Source of the DNA: Aquificaceae bacterium
GTDB lineage: Bacteria; Aquificota; Aquificia; Aquificales; Aquificaceae
Length of the DNA stretch: 52,207 nt
Reading direction: 5' to 3'
NCBI GenBank assembly: GCA_015490115.1
Contig: WFYM01000015.1
Location: forward strand, 1-52,207
Positions 9,376 to 19,615 of the stretch are shown in pieces. Position 1 is the stretch's first letter. Each line of letters starts with the position of its first letter. The notes under the pieces were generated by a model. The model saw only the letters and a list, made by a program, of their open reading frames with translations. It searched no databases and was not told where the DNA came from. The position numbers were made by a program, and so were the translations under genes.

Positions 9376-10182
9376 TCAGACCTTCACGCCTTCGAGGACC
9401 TCAAGGGCGGACTCCACGTCCCCTCCTTCGTGAACTATCCTCGCCATCGCCATAACCATCTTGGTGGGATCCTTCGCCTGAAAGATGTTCCTTCCTATGG
9501 AGAGACCGCTCGCCCCCGCGCTGATCGCACCGTAGACCATCTCGAGGACGTCCCTCTCCGACTTCATCTTGGGACCTCCAGCTATCACCACGGGTATCGG
9601 ACAGCCTTCGACCACCTTCGAGAAGGTCTCAGGGTCTCCGGTATACGGGACCTTGACTATGTCCGCTCCGAGTTCCGCACCCACCCTCGCACAGTGGGCT
9701 ACCACCTTCGGGTCATACTGGTTCTCTATCTTGGGACCCCTCCCGTATACCATGGCGAGGAGGGGCATCTGCCACTCTTCGCAAGCCCTCGAGACCTTCC
9801 CGAAGTCCCTGAGCATCTCCCTCTCCTGCTCCGCTCCGAGGTTCACGTGGATCGAAACAGCGTCCGCACCGAGCCTTATAGCCTCCTCGACCGTGCAGAC
9901 GAGGACCTTGTCGTTTTTCGTAGGCGAGAGGTCCGTGGAGGCGGAGAGGTGGACTATGAGACCTATGTCCCTACCGCTACCCCTGTGACCTGCTCTTACC
10001 ATCCCCTTGTGCAGAACAACAGCGTTCGCTCCCCCCCTCGCCACCTTCTCTACCGCCTCCTTTATGTTCCTTATGCCCTCTATGGGTCCGGAGCTGACCC
10101 CGTGGTCCATCGGGACTATAATTGTTTTCTTGGTCTCCCTGTTCATTATCCTCTCGAGCCTGACCGCCTTCCCTATACCCAT
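9376..10182 (-). CDS. 2-amino-3,7-dideoxy-D-threo-hept-6-ulosonate synthase / DhnA-type class I aldolase
   Basis: [30 protein letters not shown] Schiff-base Lys, VIAGGPK and GRNIFQ. Typical of the MJ0400-like subfamily. Confidence 0.85.
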   Translation of the reverse strand: MGIGKAVRLERIMNRETKKTIIVPMDHGVSSGPIEGIRNIKEAVEKVARGGANAVVLHKGMVRAGHRGSGRDIGLIVHLSASTDLSPTKNDKVLVCTVEEAIRLGADAVSIHVNLGAEQEREMLRDFGKVSRACEEWQMPLLAMVYGRGPKIENQYDPKVVAHCARVGAELGADIVKVPYTGDPETFSKVVEGCPIPVVIAGGPKMKSERDVLEMVYGAISAGASGLSIGRNIFQAKDPTKMVMAMARIVHEGGDVESALEVLEGVKV

Positions 10183-10185
10183 CTC

Positions 10186-10875
10186 TCAACCTCCCTGAAA
10201 GCTGAAGGTTATCTCCCCAACCTGAACCTCCTTCTCCTCGACCCTCTCAAACCTTATACCCCTCACGAAGGAAAGAAGGACACTATCTATGTTAGCACTT
10301 CCGCTCCTCTGAACCAAGACCGCCCTCACCACCTTCCCCTCAGGTGAGACCCATATCCTCACCCTCACCGCACTCGGAAACTCGGTCGTGACGAGTTCGG
10401 GAAGGGGAGGTGTGTAGACTATCCTCCTCGTCCCCCCCTTTATCTTCACCTGACCACCCTTTACTACTGCGGAGATCGTCCCCACCTCCTTTTTCTTCGG
10501 TCTTTTTTGCTCCTTCAGCCTCATCTCCACCTTCCTCTGTATCTCCGCAAGGACCGAGACGTCCTCCTCTTCCGGGACCTTAACGTCACCTTTGGTGTGA
10601 GCCTTCGAAACCCCGGTGCCTGCTATCTTCTTCTTTTCCTTTGGAGTCTCCTTCTTGGCTACCGTCCTTTTCGCCTCGCTCCTTACCTGAGTCACCGACT
10701 TTGCCTTCTTTTCCTCCTTCTTTTTAACCTCCACTATCTCGACCCTCAAAGGGTATATATCCGGGACCTCCTCCACCTTCACTATGAAGACTGAGGTGAG
10801 GAGGGAAAAAAGTATCAAGTTCACGAGGACGGACACAGCCCAGTAGAGGAGTTCCTCTAAAGCATCTCTCAGCAT
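10186..10875 (-). CDS. TonB/TolA-like energy transducer (single TM, Lys-rich linker, TonB C-terminal domain)
   Basis: N-terminal TM, K/E-rich linker and C-terminal [13 protein letters not shown]...RSGSANID. Start set at ATG 10875. Confidence 0.75.
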   Translation of the reverse strand: MLRDALEELLYWAVSVLVNLILFSLLTSVFIVKVEEVPDIYPLRVEIVEVKKKEEKKAKSVTQVRSEAKRTVAKKETPKEKKKIAGTGVSKAHTKGDVKVPEEEDVSVLAEIQRKVEMRLKEQKRPKKKEVGTISAVVKGGQVKIKGGTRRIVYTPPLPELVTTEFPSAVRVRIWVSPEGKVVRAVLVQRSGSANIDSVLLSFVRGIRFERVEEKEVQVGEITFSFQGG

Positions 10876-10901
10876 CCCTCTTAGTATAATCTTAAACACT
10901 T

Positions 10902-11879
10902 ATGGAGTTTGGAATACTCGGCGGGGGAAGGTGGGGGACAGCTCTCGGGACACACCTCTCAAAGAAGGGACACAAAGTCCTCATCTACGATAAGAACCCC
11001 GAAGTTGTGAGGCGGATAAACGAGGGAAAGCATCCTTATTTGGAGGGTTTGGAGCTTCCCAAAGGTGTCAGGGCTACAACGCACCTCTCTGACATGGAGG
11101 ACTTCGAGTATATAATCTGCGCCCTTCCCACCCAAGCTGTAAGGGACGTGGTCTCGAAGGTAGACCTGAGAGGCAGGAAGTTCGTGAGCGCCTCCAAGGG
11201 TTTGGAGGTAGGAACTTTCAAGAGGATAAGCGAGATAGTGAAGGAGGTCCATCCCGAAGCTGAGGTCTTCGCCCTCTCCGGACCCTCCTTCGCTGAGGAA
11301 GTGTCGAAGGGTCTCCCCACAGCGGTCGTCCTCGGGTATTCGGGGAACCCTGAGGTGGCGAAGGGCTTGAGGGACGCCATAAACTCGGAGAACTTCAGGG
11401 TATATCTCAACGATGACCTTGCGGGTGTTGAACTGGGAGGGGCTTTGAAGAACGTGATAGCCATAGCCTGCGGTATTTCGGACGGACTCGGCTTCGGTCA
11501 CAACGCAAGGGCTGCCCTCATAACGAGGGGCTTAGTGGAGATGACGAGGATAGGGGTGAAGTTGGGAGCGAGAAGGGAGACTTTCTTCGGACTTTCTGGG
11601 GCGGGAGACCTGATCCTGACCGCCACATCCGACCTTTCGAGGAACAGGACCTTCGGTCTCCTCCTCGGAAGGGGAATGGGACCCTCCGAAGCCCTCAAAA
11701 AGATAGGTCAGACAGTCGAGGGTGTCGAAACTGTAAAAGCACTGAAGCCCCTCGTCGACAGGGAAAACATATACGCACCTATAACGACGGCGGTCTACGA
11801 GGTGGTCATGGAAGGGAGGGACCTGAGGGAGGTCGTAAAGGAGATGCTCCTGAGGACCCCCGGAGAGGAGTTTTCCTGA
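10902..11879 (+). CDS. gpsA: NAD(P)H-dependent glycerol-3-phosphate dehydrogenase
   Basis: [36 protein letters not shown] and [14 protein letters not shown]. Confidence 0.97.
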   Translation: MEFGILGGGRWGTALGTHLSKKGHKVLIYDKNPEVVRRINEGKHPYLEGLELPKGVRATTHLSDMEDFEYIICALPTQAVRDVVSKVDLRGRKFVSASKGLEVGTFKRISEIVKEVHPEAEVFALSGPSFAEEVSKGLPTAVVLGYSGNPEVAKGLRDAINSENFRVYLNDDLAGVELGGALKNVIAIACGISDGLGFGHNARAALITRGLVEMTRIGVKLGARRETFFGLSGAGDLILTATSDLSRNRTFGLLLGRGMGPSEALKKIGQTVEGVETVKALKPLVDRENIYAPITTAVYEVVMEGRDLREVVKEMLLRTPGEEFS

Positions 11880-12764
11880 TCAGCCGCAGATCTCTTCGAG
11901 ATCCTCGATATACTCCTTTATCATCTTGAGGTAACTTTTGAACCTCTCACAGCTTACCTCACCTTCCGCGAGCGCCTTTTTCACCTCACACCCCGGCTCC
12001 CTCGTGTGTGTGCAGTCCGGATACTTACACTCGTATCTGAGGAACTCCCTGAAGTAGTTCTTCACGTCCCTCCTCCTTACAAAGTCGAGGACCTCCACCT
12101 TGGAAAAGCCCGGAGTGTCGCCGAGGAAAGAACCCCTCCCGAAGGGAAGGAGCTTAACACCCGTGGTCGTGTGCCTTCCCCTCTCCGTCTTTTCGCTAAC
12201 CTCTTGGGTCTTTAGCTCCGCACCGGTTAGCCTCTTCAAAATCGAGCTTTTCCCGACTCCAGAAGGTCCGGCGAGTATGCATATCTCCCCCTCCACGAGG
12301 TCCACCACTTTCTCGAGTCCCTCACCCGTCTCCGCACTCACGTGAACAACGTCGTAACCCGCAGAGGAGTATATCTCAGTCCACCTCTCCAGCTCCTTCC
12401 TTCCCTCATCACCGAGCAGGTCCACCTTGTTGAAGACGATAACAGGCTCGCAACCAACGTGGTCGTAAACGACGAGGAGGCTGTCGAGGAGGTGGTTGTC
12501 GAACTCGGGCATCTCAACGGTCACAACGCATATCACCCTGTCCACGTTCGCTATGGGAGGTCTTATGAGGAGGTTCTTCCTATTTTTCACCTCCTCTATG
12601 GCGAAGGTCTCCCGATCTATCTCCTCACCGAGGACCCTGTCTCCCGCATAGATCCTCGTCTTTTTGAGGACCTTTCCCCTCGGTATTCCCCTCAGCTCCT
12701 TCCCTTCCTCGGTCCTTACCCTTATTAGCTGGGCTACCCTCTCTACTACGAGACCCTCCTTCAA
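11880..12764 (-). CDS. rsgA: Ribosome small subunit-dependent GTPase A
   Basis: Circularly permuted GTPase (NKVD, GPSGVGKSS, GRHTTT, DTPG) with C-terminal CxxxxCxHxxEPGC. Confidence 0.96.
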   Translation of the reverse strand: MKEGLVVERVAQLIRVRTEEGKELRGIPRGKVLKKTRIYAGDRVLGEEIDRETFAIEEVKNRKNLLIRPPIANVDRVICVVTVEMPEFDNHLLDSLLVVYDHVGCEPVIVFNKVDLLGDEGRKELERWTEIYSSAGYDVVHVSAETGEGLEKVVDLVEGEICILAGPSGVGKSSILKRLTGAELKTQEVSEKTERGRHTTTGVKLLPFGRGSFLGDTPGFSKVEVLDFVRRRDVKNYFREFLRYECKYPDCTHTREPGCEVKKALAEGEVSCERFKSYLKMIKEYIEDLEEICG

Positions 12765-12781
12765 CCTAAGGGTATATTCTA

Positions 12782-13846
12782 CTAAAGTGTTACGAGGTCG
12801 AGACCTACCGAGGAGAGAGGCTCACCCCTCCCGTCTATTACTGCGACCATGTTCTCTATCCTAACCCCGAACCTCCCCGGCAGGTAAACTCCCGGCTCCA
12901 CGGTAAAGACCATACCCTCTTCTATGACCCTATTTGCGTCCTCACCCTTAAAGTAGACCCTCGGATACTCGTGGATCTCAACACCTATACCATGTCCTGT
13001 GGAGTGGCTGAAGAACTTACCGAGCCTCTTTCTGCTTATATGCTCCCTCGCAGCCCTGTCAACGTCACCTATCCTGTTTCCAACCTTCACCTTTTCGAGG
13101 GCAAAGAGGTGGGCGTCCCTTACCACCGTATATACTTTCTTGAACTCCTCCTCCGGTTTTCCTATGAACAAGGTCCTCGTAAAGTCGGTGCAGTATCCCC
13201 TCCACACAAGCCCCATGTCTATAAGGAGAGGTTCCCCGCTTTTTATTTTTCTTAGTGAGGTCTCGTGGTGGGGGATCGCTGAACTCTCACCTCCCGCAAC
13301 TATGGCGGGGAAGCTCTCACCCGTGGAACCCTCCTCGAAGATCCTGTTCACTATGAACCTCCTCACCTCAAGCTCCGTCATCCCCGGTCTTACAAAGCCG
13401 AGTATATCTTTGAAGATTCTGTCCACCTTCTTCGCCCCCTCCCTCATCCTCTCTATCTCCTCCTTTGTCTTTACAGCCCTTATATCCCTCAAGAAGTTTG
13501 TGTAGCCCACCCACCTTATCCCTTTTGCCCTCAGAGACCCTCTGAAGTCACAGCTTACCCTGTCCCTCTCGTAACCTACCCTGCTGACACCGAGGTCTTT
13601 AAGGAACCTCTTTATGAACCTGAGAGCCTTTCCCTTTATGAGGACAACGTCCCAGTCTTTTAGCTCCTTCTTAGCCCTTTCGTAATACCTCCCGTCGGTG
13701 AGGAGGTGCTTCGAAGAGGGTGTGAGAACCACGTAGGCGTGGGTGGACTTAAAACCGGAGAGGTAAAAGACGTTAGCCTGAGAGGAGAAGAGGAAGGCGT
13801 CGAGACCCTCCTTCTCTATCAAACTTTGGACCTCTTTCACCTTCAT
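12782..13846 (-). CDS. Xaa-Pro aminopeptidase/dipeptidase (M24B)
   Basis: Creatinase-like N-domain, D.G....GYCTDFTRT, HSTGHGIGVEIHE, TVEPGVY and GVRIE. Start set at ATG 13846. Confidence 0.93.
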   Translation of the reverse strand: MKVKEVQSLIEKEGLDAFLFSSQANVFYLSGFKSTHAYVVLTPSSKHLLTDGRYYERAKKELKDWDVVLIKGKALRFIKRFLKDLGVSRVGYERDRVSCDFRGSLRAKGIRWVGYTNFLRDIRAVKTKEEIERMREGAKKVDRIFKDILGFVRPGMTELEVRRFIVNRIFEEGSTGESFPAIVAGGESSAIPHHETSLRKIKSGEPLLIDMGLVWRGYCTDFTRTLFIGKPEEEFKKVYTVVRDAHLFALEKVKVGNRIGDVDRAAREHISRKRLGKFFSHSTGHGIGVEIHEYPRVYFKGEDANRVIEEGMVFTVEPGVYLPGRFGVRIENMVAVIDGRGEPLSSVGLDLVTL

Positions 13847-13865
13847 GACTTTATAATTTAATCTC
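13847..13865. promoter_or_regulatory. 19-bp bidirectional -10 promoter
   Basis: TATAAT at 13852-13857 (+) lies 8 nt before ATG 13866. TAAATT at 13855-13860 (-) lies 8 nt before ATG 13846. No SD on either side. Confidence 0.6.
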
Positions 13866-14624
13866 ATGAGGGTCTTCACACCCGTTGCGGTCCTTTTCTT
13901 GCATGCATTTCCTCTTTCGAAGGAGATGTTCTCCTCCCAGATGGAAGTCTTGGAGAGAGAAGGTATACCTTACGTGGCTGTGGACTACCCCGGCTTCGGA
14001 GAGGAGAGACCCCTACCCGGTGAACTCACCGTAGAGAGGATAACCGACTTCGTCCTTTCCAAAATAAGCTCCCTCGGTATCAAAAGGCTCGTTCCCGTCG
14101 GCGACAGCATGGGGGGTTACGTGATATTCGACATGTTCAGGAGATACAAGGACATGGTAAAGGGAGCTGTCTTCGTGTCCACGAGGGCGGAGGCGGACAC
14201 GGAGGAGCAAAAGAAGGTAAGATACGAGACCATGGAGAGGGTAAGGAGGGAAGGAACAGCTTTCCTTATAGAGACCATGCTCGAGAACCAGACGTCACCG
14301 GCGACGAAGAAAGATCAGGAAAAGATGAGTAGGCTGAGGTGCATGATGGAGAAGGCGACACGGGAGGGGATAATAAAGACGCTCAAAGCTCTCGCCGAGA
14401 GGAGGGACAACAGGGACCTGCTACCTGAAATAGACGTTCCCGTCCTCGTCGTCGCCGGTAAGGACGACGAGAAGGTGACACCGCCCGAGGTGGTAAGGAG
14501 AATAGCGGAGGGTATAAAGGGTGCGGAGTATAAAGAGATAAAAGACTCAGCACACCTTCCCCCTTTCGAGAACCCGGAGGAGTTCAACGAACTGCTTCTT
14601 AGCTTCTTGAGGAAGGTCCTTTGA
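13866..14624 (+). CDS. Alpha/beta hydrolase (PcaD/enol-lactone hydrolase-like)
   Basis: FLHAFP, DYPGFG, nucleophile elbow GDSMGG, G.DD and AHLPPFENPEEFN. Confidence 0.9.
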   Translation: MRVFTPVAVLFLHAFPLSKEMFSSQMEVLEREGIPYVAVDYPGFGEERPLPGELTVERITDFVLSKISSLGIKRLVPVGDSMGGYVIFDMFRRYKDMVKGAVFVSTRAEADTEEQKKVRYETMERVRREGTAFLIETMLENQTSPATKKDQEKMSRLRCMMEKATREGIIKTLKALAERRDNRDLLPEIDVPVLVVAGKDDEKVTPPEVVRRIAEGIKGAEYKEIKDSAHLPPFENPEEFNELLLSFLRKVL

Positions 14625-15349
14625 GGAGGTTCCTCTACAAGTTGAGCGAGGAGGAACTCTGGAACCTCGGTATCCCCGTTGAGATAGTGAGAAGGGAAGG
14701 GGAAGAGGTAGTCTTCGCAACATACGAGCCTCTCGAAGGCTTAAAGCCCGTCAAAGAAGAGGAAGTTCCGGAGAACTGGGAAAGCTGGAGGGAAGGCTTC
14801 GGTCCAATTGAGGTGGGGAAGATAGTGGTCCTTCCCCCTTGGAAGAAGGTGGTCTTTATAAAGCCGGGTATGGCCTTCGGGACGGGTCTCCACCCGTCGA
14901 CGAAGCTCTGCCTCAGAGCCATTCAAGAGATGCTAAGGAAAGGGGATTCGGTCCTCGACGTCGGGACGGGGAGCGGGATACTCGCGATAGCTTCAAAGCT
15001 CCTCGGTGCGGGGAGGGTCCTCGCAGTAGATATCTCGGAGGAGGCGGTAAGGGAGTGCGGGGAGAACGCAAGAATAAACGGAGTTTCCATCGAGTGCAGG
15101 AGGGGAAGGGCGAGGGATATTAATGAGAGGTTCGACCTCGTAGTCGCCAACCTCGAGATATCGGTCTTTAAAGAGGAGATAGGTGATTTGGTTAAAGTAT
15201 CGAAGGGTAGGCTCATCCTTTCGGGTCTTTACGGGGAAGGGGACCTCGAAGCTCTTAAAGGTCTCCTTCGGAAACACAAACTCCGTATCCGTAGAATATA
15301 TGAGGAGGAGAACTGGTTTTCGGTGGGTGTGGAGGATGGGAGGGATTAG
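14621..15349 (+). CDS. prmA: Ribosomal protein L11 methyltransferase
   Basis: PGMAFGTGLHPST, VLDVGTGSGILAI, FDLVVAN and LILSG. Confidence 0.93.
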   Translation: MRRFLYKLSEEELWNLGIPVEIVRREGEEVVFATYEPLEGLKPVKEEEVPENWESWREGFGPIEVGKIVVLPPWKKVVFIKPGMAFGTGLHPSTKLCLRAIQEMLRKGDSVLDVGTGSGILAIASKLLGAGRVLAVDISEEAVRECGENARINGVSIECRRGRARDINERFDLVVANLEISVFKEEIGDLVKVSKGRLILSGLYGEGDLEALKGLLRKHKLRIRRIYEEENWFSVGVEDGRD

Positions 15350-16625
15350 GAGGCTCGTGAGGAGGTTCGTCTTCTTAGCCCTCCTGCTTGTGGTAGGCTT
15401 TACGGTTTACAACGTCTTCTTTTATAAGCCGAAGGTGGTAGGTCTCGAACAGCTGGAAAAGCTACCCAAAGTGAAAGAGGTTACCCTCACGGTTACACCG
15501 AGGAGATACGTTGACCTCGTTGAGGTGAAGGCTTATCAGGGTCCCAAGGAAGTGGTCCTCTTCAGGGGAGGTCTTCCGCCCCACACGAACCAGATAACCT
15601 TCAAGGTAGAACCCGAAAAGCTCGGTCTCGAGAACGGTCCGGCTAAGGTCCTCGTCGAGGTGAGGAGGTTCTATGTCCTTAGGGAAGGTTTTGAGGTTCA
15701 GTCCTTTGTGGACACCGAACCACCGAGGGTCAGGATAATATACGCTCCATACACGGTCCTTCAGGGTGGGTCTGGGGGAATTAGGGTAAAGACGAGCGAA
15801 GAAGTGGAACTCTTCGTGGAGGTAGGAGGACACAGGTTCAGGTCTTACAAAGTCTCCGATGACAACACCTACATAGCCTTCTTCGGTGTTCCCGTTGGCG
15901 TCTCAACTAAGGAGGTTATAAAGGTCGTGGCGGTGGACGAAGCAGGAAACAAAACGGTAATACCCCTCGGGACAGGTATAAAGAAAAACAGGTTCAGGAG
16001 GGTGACCATAGACCTGACGGGGAGGGAGAACCTCGTAAGGACGAAGATATACTCCCTCCTCGGTGGAGACTTGGAGAAGTTGGACTTCGTCACAGCTTTT
16101 AAGGAGGTGAACGAGAAGCTGAGGAGGAGGGACGAGGAGAGGATAAGGGAGATAGGGAAAAGGTCGAGACCCCAAAGGCTCTGGAAGGGAAAGTTCATAC
16201 AGATGAGGGGGAGCAAGGTCCTCTCTTACTTCGGTGAGAGGAGGAAGTATATCTACAAGGGGAAGGTCATAAGCAGGAGCTGGCATCTTGGATACGACCT
16301 TGCCTCTGTGAAGAACTCCAAAGTTCCCGCTGCGAACAGCGGTGTTGTGGTCTTCGCCGGGGATCTTGGCATATACGGCAACACGGTCATAATAGACCAC
16401 GGTTTCGGCATAATGAGCCTTTACGCTCACCTTGCGGACTTCAGAGTGAAGGAGGGTGACTATGTGAAGAAGGGTCAGATAATAGGTGTTACCGACATGA
16501 CTGGACTTGCCTTCGGCGACCACCTCCACTTTGCGATCCTAATAAACGGCTACGAGGTCACACCCTTAGAGTGGTGGGACGCGAGGTGGATAAGGACGAG
16601 GATAGAACCCGTCTTCTCAGATTAG
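15336..16625 (+). CDS. M23-family metallopeptidase with N-terminal anchor
   Basis: HLGYD, YGNTVIIDHG, LYAHL and GDHLHF motifs with an N-terminal TM. Start is ATG 15336 or GTG 15357. Confidence 0.9.
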   Translation: MGGIRRLVRRFVFLALLLVVGFTVYNVFFYKPKVVGLEQLEKLPKVKEVTLTVTPRRYVDLVEVKAYQGPKEVVLFRGGLPPHTNQITFKVEPEKLGLENGPAKVLVEVRRFYVLREGFEVQSFVDTEPPRVRIIYAPYTVLQGGSGGIRVKTSEEVELFVEVGGHRFRSYKVSDDNTYIAFFGVPVGVSTKEVIKVVAVDEAGNKTVIPLGTGIKKNRFRRVTIDLTGRENLVRTKIYSLLGGDLEKLDFVTAFKEVNEKLRRRDEERIREIGKRSRPQRLWKGKFIQMRGSKVLSYFGERRKYIYKGKVISRSWHLGYDLASVKNSKVPAANSGVVVFAGDLGIYGNTVIIDHGFGIMSLYAHLADFRVKEGDYVKKGQIIGVTDMTGLAFGDHLHFAILINGYEVTPLEWWDARWIRTRIEPVFSD

Positions 16626-17216
16626 GTGACACCTCCTGTTTAAAAAGACTATCCTGAAACTCCCTTCGTATCTTATCAGGCTCACCCCGGCGTTGTCCAT
16701 GTGTATCCTCCAGAGGTTCTCAAGACCTATACCCGTAGCTATGCAGACGATAGCTTGAAGGGAACCTCCGTGTCCGACGACAGCTACCCTCTCCTCTTTC
16801 CAGCCGAGGAGGTCTTCGAGGAAGGAGGAAACCCTCTTTTCGAAAAGCTCCAAAGGTTCCTGTGTGGGTAGCGGATATCTTACAGGGTTTTCGAGCCAGC
16901 GAAGAACCATACTCCTTTCCTCTTTGGTCAGGTCGCGGAATCCCTTTCCTTCGAGGTCCCCGAAGGACATTTCCTTTAGCCTCTCGTCCACCTCAACGTC
17001 GAGACCCAGAACGTCCCCTATCGTAAGGGCTGTCTTTAAAGCTCTCCTTTGAGGTGAAGAGACGATCCTCTGGATACCTCTTTCTCTTAGAAAGCTCGCT
17101 GTTAGCCTCGCCTGAACGAAGCCGAGGGGAGTGAGGTCGCTGTCGAGCCTTCCCTGAAAGACACCCCTTTCGTTCAGCTCGCTCTGGGCGTGCCTCACGA
17201 GGTATATCTCCTTCAT
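16617..17216 (-). CDS. pspB: Histidine phosphatase; metal-independent phosphoserine phosphatase subunit PspB-like
   Basis: LVRHAQSE.N..G.FQGRLDSDLTPLGFVQAR, SSPQRRA, EMSFG and HGG...GIGLENLW.IHMDNAG, closely resembling Hydrogenobacter PspB as I recall it. Start ATG 17216 (ATGA overlap). Confidence 0.8.
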   Translation of the reverse strand: MKEIYLVRHAQSELNERGVFQGRLDSDLTPLGFVQARLTASFLRERGIQRIVSSPQRRALKTALTIGDVLGLDVEVDERLKEMSFGDLEGKGFRDLTKEERSMVLRWLENPVRYPLPTQEPLELFEKRVSSFLEDLLGWKEERVAVVGHGGSLQAIVCIATGIGLENLWRIHMDNAGVSLIRYEGSFRIVFLNRRCHLI

Positions 17217-17476
17217 ATCTGCTCGAAGAAGACGTCTAAGACCTGAGCTTGGACCTCCACCTCCCAGTTCTGGTAAGGCTCGTCCCTGTTTACCACCGTC
17301 ACTATACCCATCCCCTCGAGGTAGAGTATCATCTTGGCGAGGTTCACGAGACCGCATATCCTCGCTGACTTCATGTCTTTCAACTTCACCCTCGGTATGG
17401 GCTTGTCCGACTCCTTGAAGATCTCGAGAAGCTCCTGCTTCACGTTGTAGTATAAACCCTCGAAGTCACAAGCCAT
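17213..17476 (-). CDS. Hypothetical protein (87 aa, possibly winged-helix)
   Basis: ATG 17476 with AGGAGGTG RBS; overlaps murE upstream and pspB downstream. Confidence 0.75.
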   Translation of the reverse strand: MACDFEGLYYNVKQELLEIFKESDKPIPRVKLKDMKSARICGLVNLAKMILYLEGMGIVTVVNRDEPYQNWEVEVQAQVLDVFFEQI

Positions 17477-18881
17477 CCCCACCTCCTGAGAGGAGTTCCT
17501 TGACAACACCCACATCGCTGAAGGGATATTTTACCCCCCCTATCTCCTGATACTCTTCGTGACCCTTACCGAGGACTGCTACAACGTCACCCCTCTTTGC
17601 CCTCTCCAAGGCTACCCTTATGGCTGTCCTCCTGTCGGGTTCTATAAGGACCTTATCTTTATTATCCACACCCCTCAGGATATCCTCTATTATCTTCAGA
17701 GGATCTTCGGACCTCGGGTTGTCAGAAGTGAGGATTATAAGATCGCTCCACCTCTCGGCAGCCTTTCCCATAAGTGGTCTCTTGGACCTGTCCCTGTCCC
17801 CTCCCGCACCGAAGACGGTTATGACCCTCCCTTCGGTCACCCTCCTCAAGGTCCTCAAGATGTTCTCCATAGCGTCGGGAGTGTGGGCGTAGTCGACGAC
17901 TACGGTAAAGCCCTCTTTTGACCTTACGGTCTCGAACCTTCCCGGAACCCTGATCCCTTTTAAGGCTCTTTCTACCGCAGAAGGTTCTATACCCACCAAG
18001 AAGGCGTAAGCGATCGAGCAAGCTAAGTTGTAAGCTTGAAAGTCTCCCACGAGGTTAGTCCTGAATGTGTAGCTCCTTCCCCTAAAGGATACCTTTATCT
18101 CGGAACCCCACATCCCGGTTCTGAAGTCCTCTATCTTCACCTCACCTTCCCTCCCGTATGTGACAGCGTCCACCCTCTTTGCTATCCTCCTGCCGTATGG
18201 GTCGTCCCCGTTCACAACGGCAAACTTATACTCGTATTCTTCGAAGAGTCTCAGCTTTGCCCTGAAGTAGCTCTCCATGTCTTTGTGGTAGTCGAGGTGG
18301 TCCTGAGAGAGGTTTGTGAACAAGACCGCTTCGAACCTCGTCCCCCACACCCTCTTCTGGTCTAAGGCGTGGGAGGAGACCTCCGCCGCCACGTGGGTCG
18401 CTCCGAGGTCGAGCATGCTCCTCAAGGTTTTGTGCCAAGTTATCTGATCGGGGGTAGTCCTCCCGGAGCCGAGCTTTTTGTCTCCGAACCGATAACCTAT
18501 AGTCCCTACAACCCCGGGCTTGAAACCCGCCTCCTTAAGTATGCCCTCTATTATGTATGTCACGGTAGTCTTGCCGTTAGTTCCGGTGACGCCGACAACC
18601 TTTAGCTTCTTTGAAGGAGAACCGAAAAAGATGTCAGCACAAAGCCCGAGGGCTTCTCTGGTATCGGGAACCTTCACAACCTTCGCTCCCTCAACCTCTA
18701 CATCCCTCTCCACGACCACCAGAGAAGCCCCCCTCCTTACCGCTTCATCGACAAAGTCGTGTCCGTCAACTTTGGTCCCCCTTACGGCGAAGAACACGTA
18801 ACCTTCCCTCACCTTTTTGGAGTCGTGGGCTATACCCTTAGATGAGGCTAAGCTTTTTATTAAGACCTCCGGAAGATCCAT
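17466..18881 (-). CDS. murE: UDP-N-acetylmuramoyl-tripeptide synthetase (DAP-adding)
   Basis: GVTGTNGKTT, EVSSHAL, TNLSQDHLDYH, DYAHTPD, DNPR (DAP specificity) and GKGHE. Confidence 0.97.
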   Translation of the reverse strand: MDLPEVLIKSLASSKGIAHDSKKVREGYVFFAVRGTKVDGHDFVDEAVRRGASLVVVERDVEVEGAKVVKVPDTREALGLCADIFFGSPSKKLKVVGVTGTNGKTTVTYIIEGILKEAGFKPGVVGTIGYRFGDKKLGSGRTTPDQITWHKTLRSMLDLGATHVAAEVSSHALDQKRVWGTRFEAVLFTNLSQDHLDYHKDMESYFRAKLRLFEEYEYKFAVVNGDDPYGRRIAKRVDAVTYGREGEVKIEDFRTGMWGSEIKVSFRGRSYTFRTNLVGDFQAYNLACSIAYAFLVGIEPSAVERALKGIRVPGRFETVRSKEGFTVVVDYAHTPDAMENILRTLRRVTEGRVITVFGAGGDRDRSKRPLMGKAAERWSDLIILTSDNPRSEDPLKIIEDILRGVDNKDKVLIEPDRRTAIRVALERAKRGDVVAVLGKGHEEYQEIGGVKYPFSDVGVVKELLSGGGDGL

Positions 18882-18898
18882 AACTGAAGGTTATAATT

Positions 18899-19615
18899 CT
18901 ATTCCAGCTTAAAGACAATAGGTATTACGAGGGTTACCTCCCTCTTCGGTTTGGGAAAGCTACCGGACGCCTTCAAAACAGCACGCAAAGCACTCTCATC
19001 GAGGATACGGTAGCCGGAACTTTCCTCAACTTCGAGGTCCTCCACCTTTCCTTCAGGTGTTAAAGTAAACCTGACCCTCACAGTCCCCTCCCAACCCATC
19101 CTCCTCGCTACGGGCGGGTATCTCAGATAGGAGAGGATGGCTTCCCTTATAGCGGACAGGTTCTCCTCCCTGTACTTATCTTGATAGCTTCGCCCCTCAT
19201 CCAAACTCTCCGAAACATACTTTGAAACGGTAGGTGTTTGATCTTTAGAAATACCCTTTCCGATCTCCTCCTGAAGTAAATCTCGCTTTGTGGACTTTTC
19301 CTTTTCCCTTCGAACTGTATCTGTTACTTCTCTCTCTGAAGGTTCCATCACGGTTTCTTTCGGTTTTAGTATATCTTTTTTGAGCTTTTCCTTCTTGACT
19401 TTTTTAATTTTCCTAACCTTCCTCCTAGATTTCTTCCTGCGAACTTTAGTTTTCTTGAGAACAGTTTTGTGCTTGGTCTCCTCCACCTTTATGTTGACCA
19501 GACTTATCCTCAAAAAGTTGTCTTCCCTATCCAAGTCCGGCAGGAAAGATAAAACGGTAAACAGAACGCCCGTGTGGATCGCGAGAGAAAGAAGGAGAGC
19601 ATTTTTAATGCTCAT
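18899..19615 (-). CDS. tonB: Energy transducer TonB
   Basis: TM with SLAIH motif, Lys-rich linker and YPPVARRMGWEGTV...SSGY.ILD. Confidence 0.92.
   Translation of the reverse strand: MSIKNALLLSLAIHTGVLFTVLSFLPDLDREDNFLRISLVNIKVEETKHKTVLKKTKVRRKKSRRKVRKIKKVKKEKLKKDILKPKETVMEPSEREVTDTVRREKEKSTKRDLLQEEIGKGISKDQTPTVSKYVSESLDEGRSYQDKYREENLSAIREAILSYLRYPPVARRMGWEGTVRVRFTLTPEGKVEDLEVEESSGYRILDESALRAVLKASGSFPKPKREVTLVIPIVFKLE

Noticed and set aside
9430-10347. 305-aa plus-strand ORF, and similar long antisense ORFs at 15903-16529, 26527-27132, 32825-33736, 37336-38022, 43067-43621 and 48032-48604
   Set aside because: They lie antisense to well-supported genes and have the His/Pro/Leu/Ser-rich composition expected from the sense-strand codon bias.
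14621-15349. PrmA appears N-terminally short (242 aa)
   Set aside because: All catalytic motifs are intact and compact PrmA proteins are known in thermophiles; not a pseudogene.
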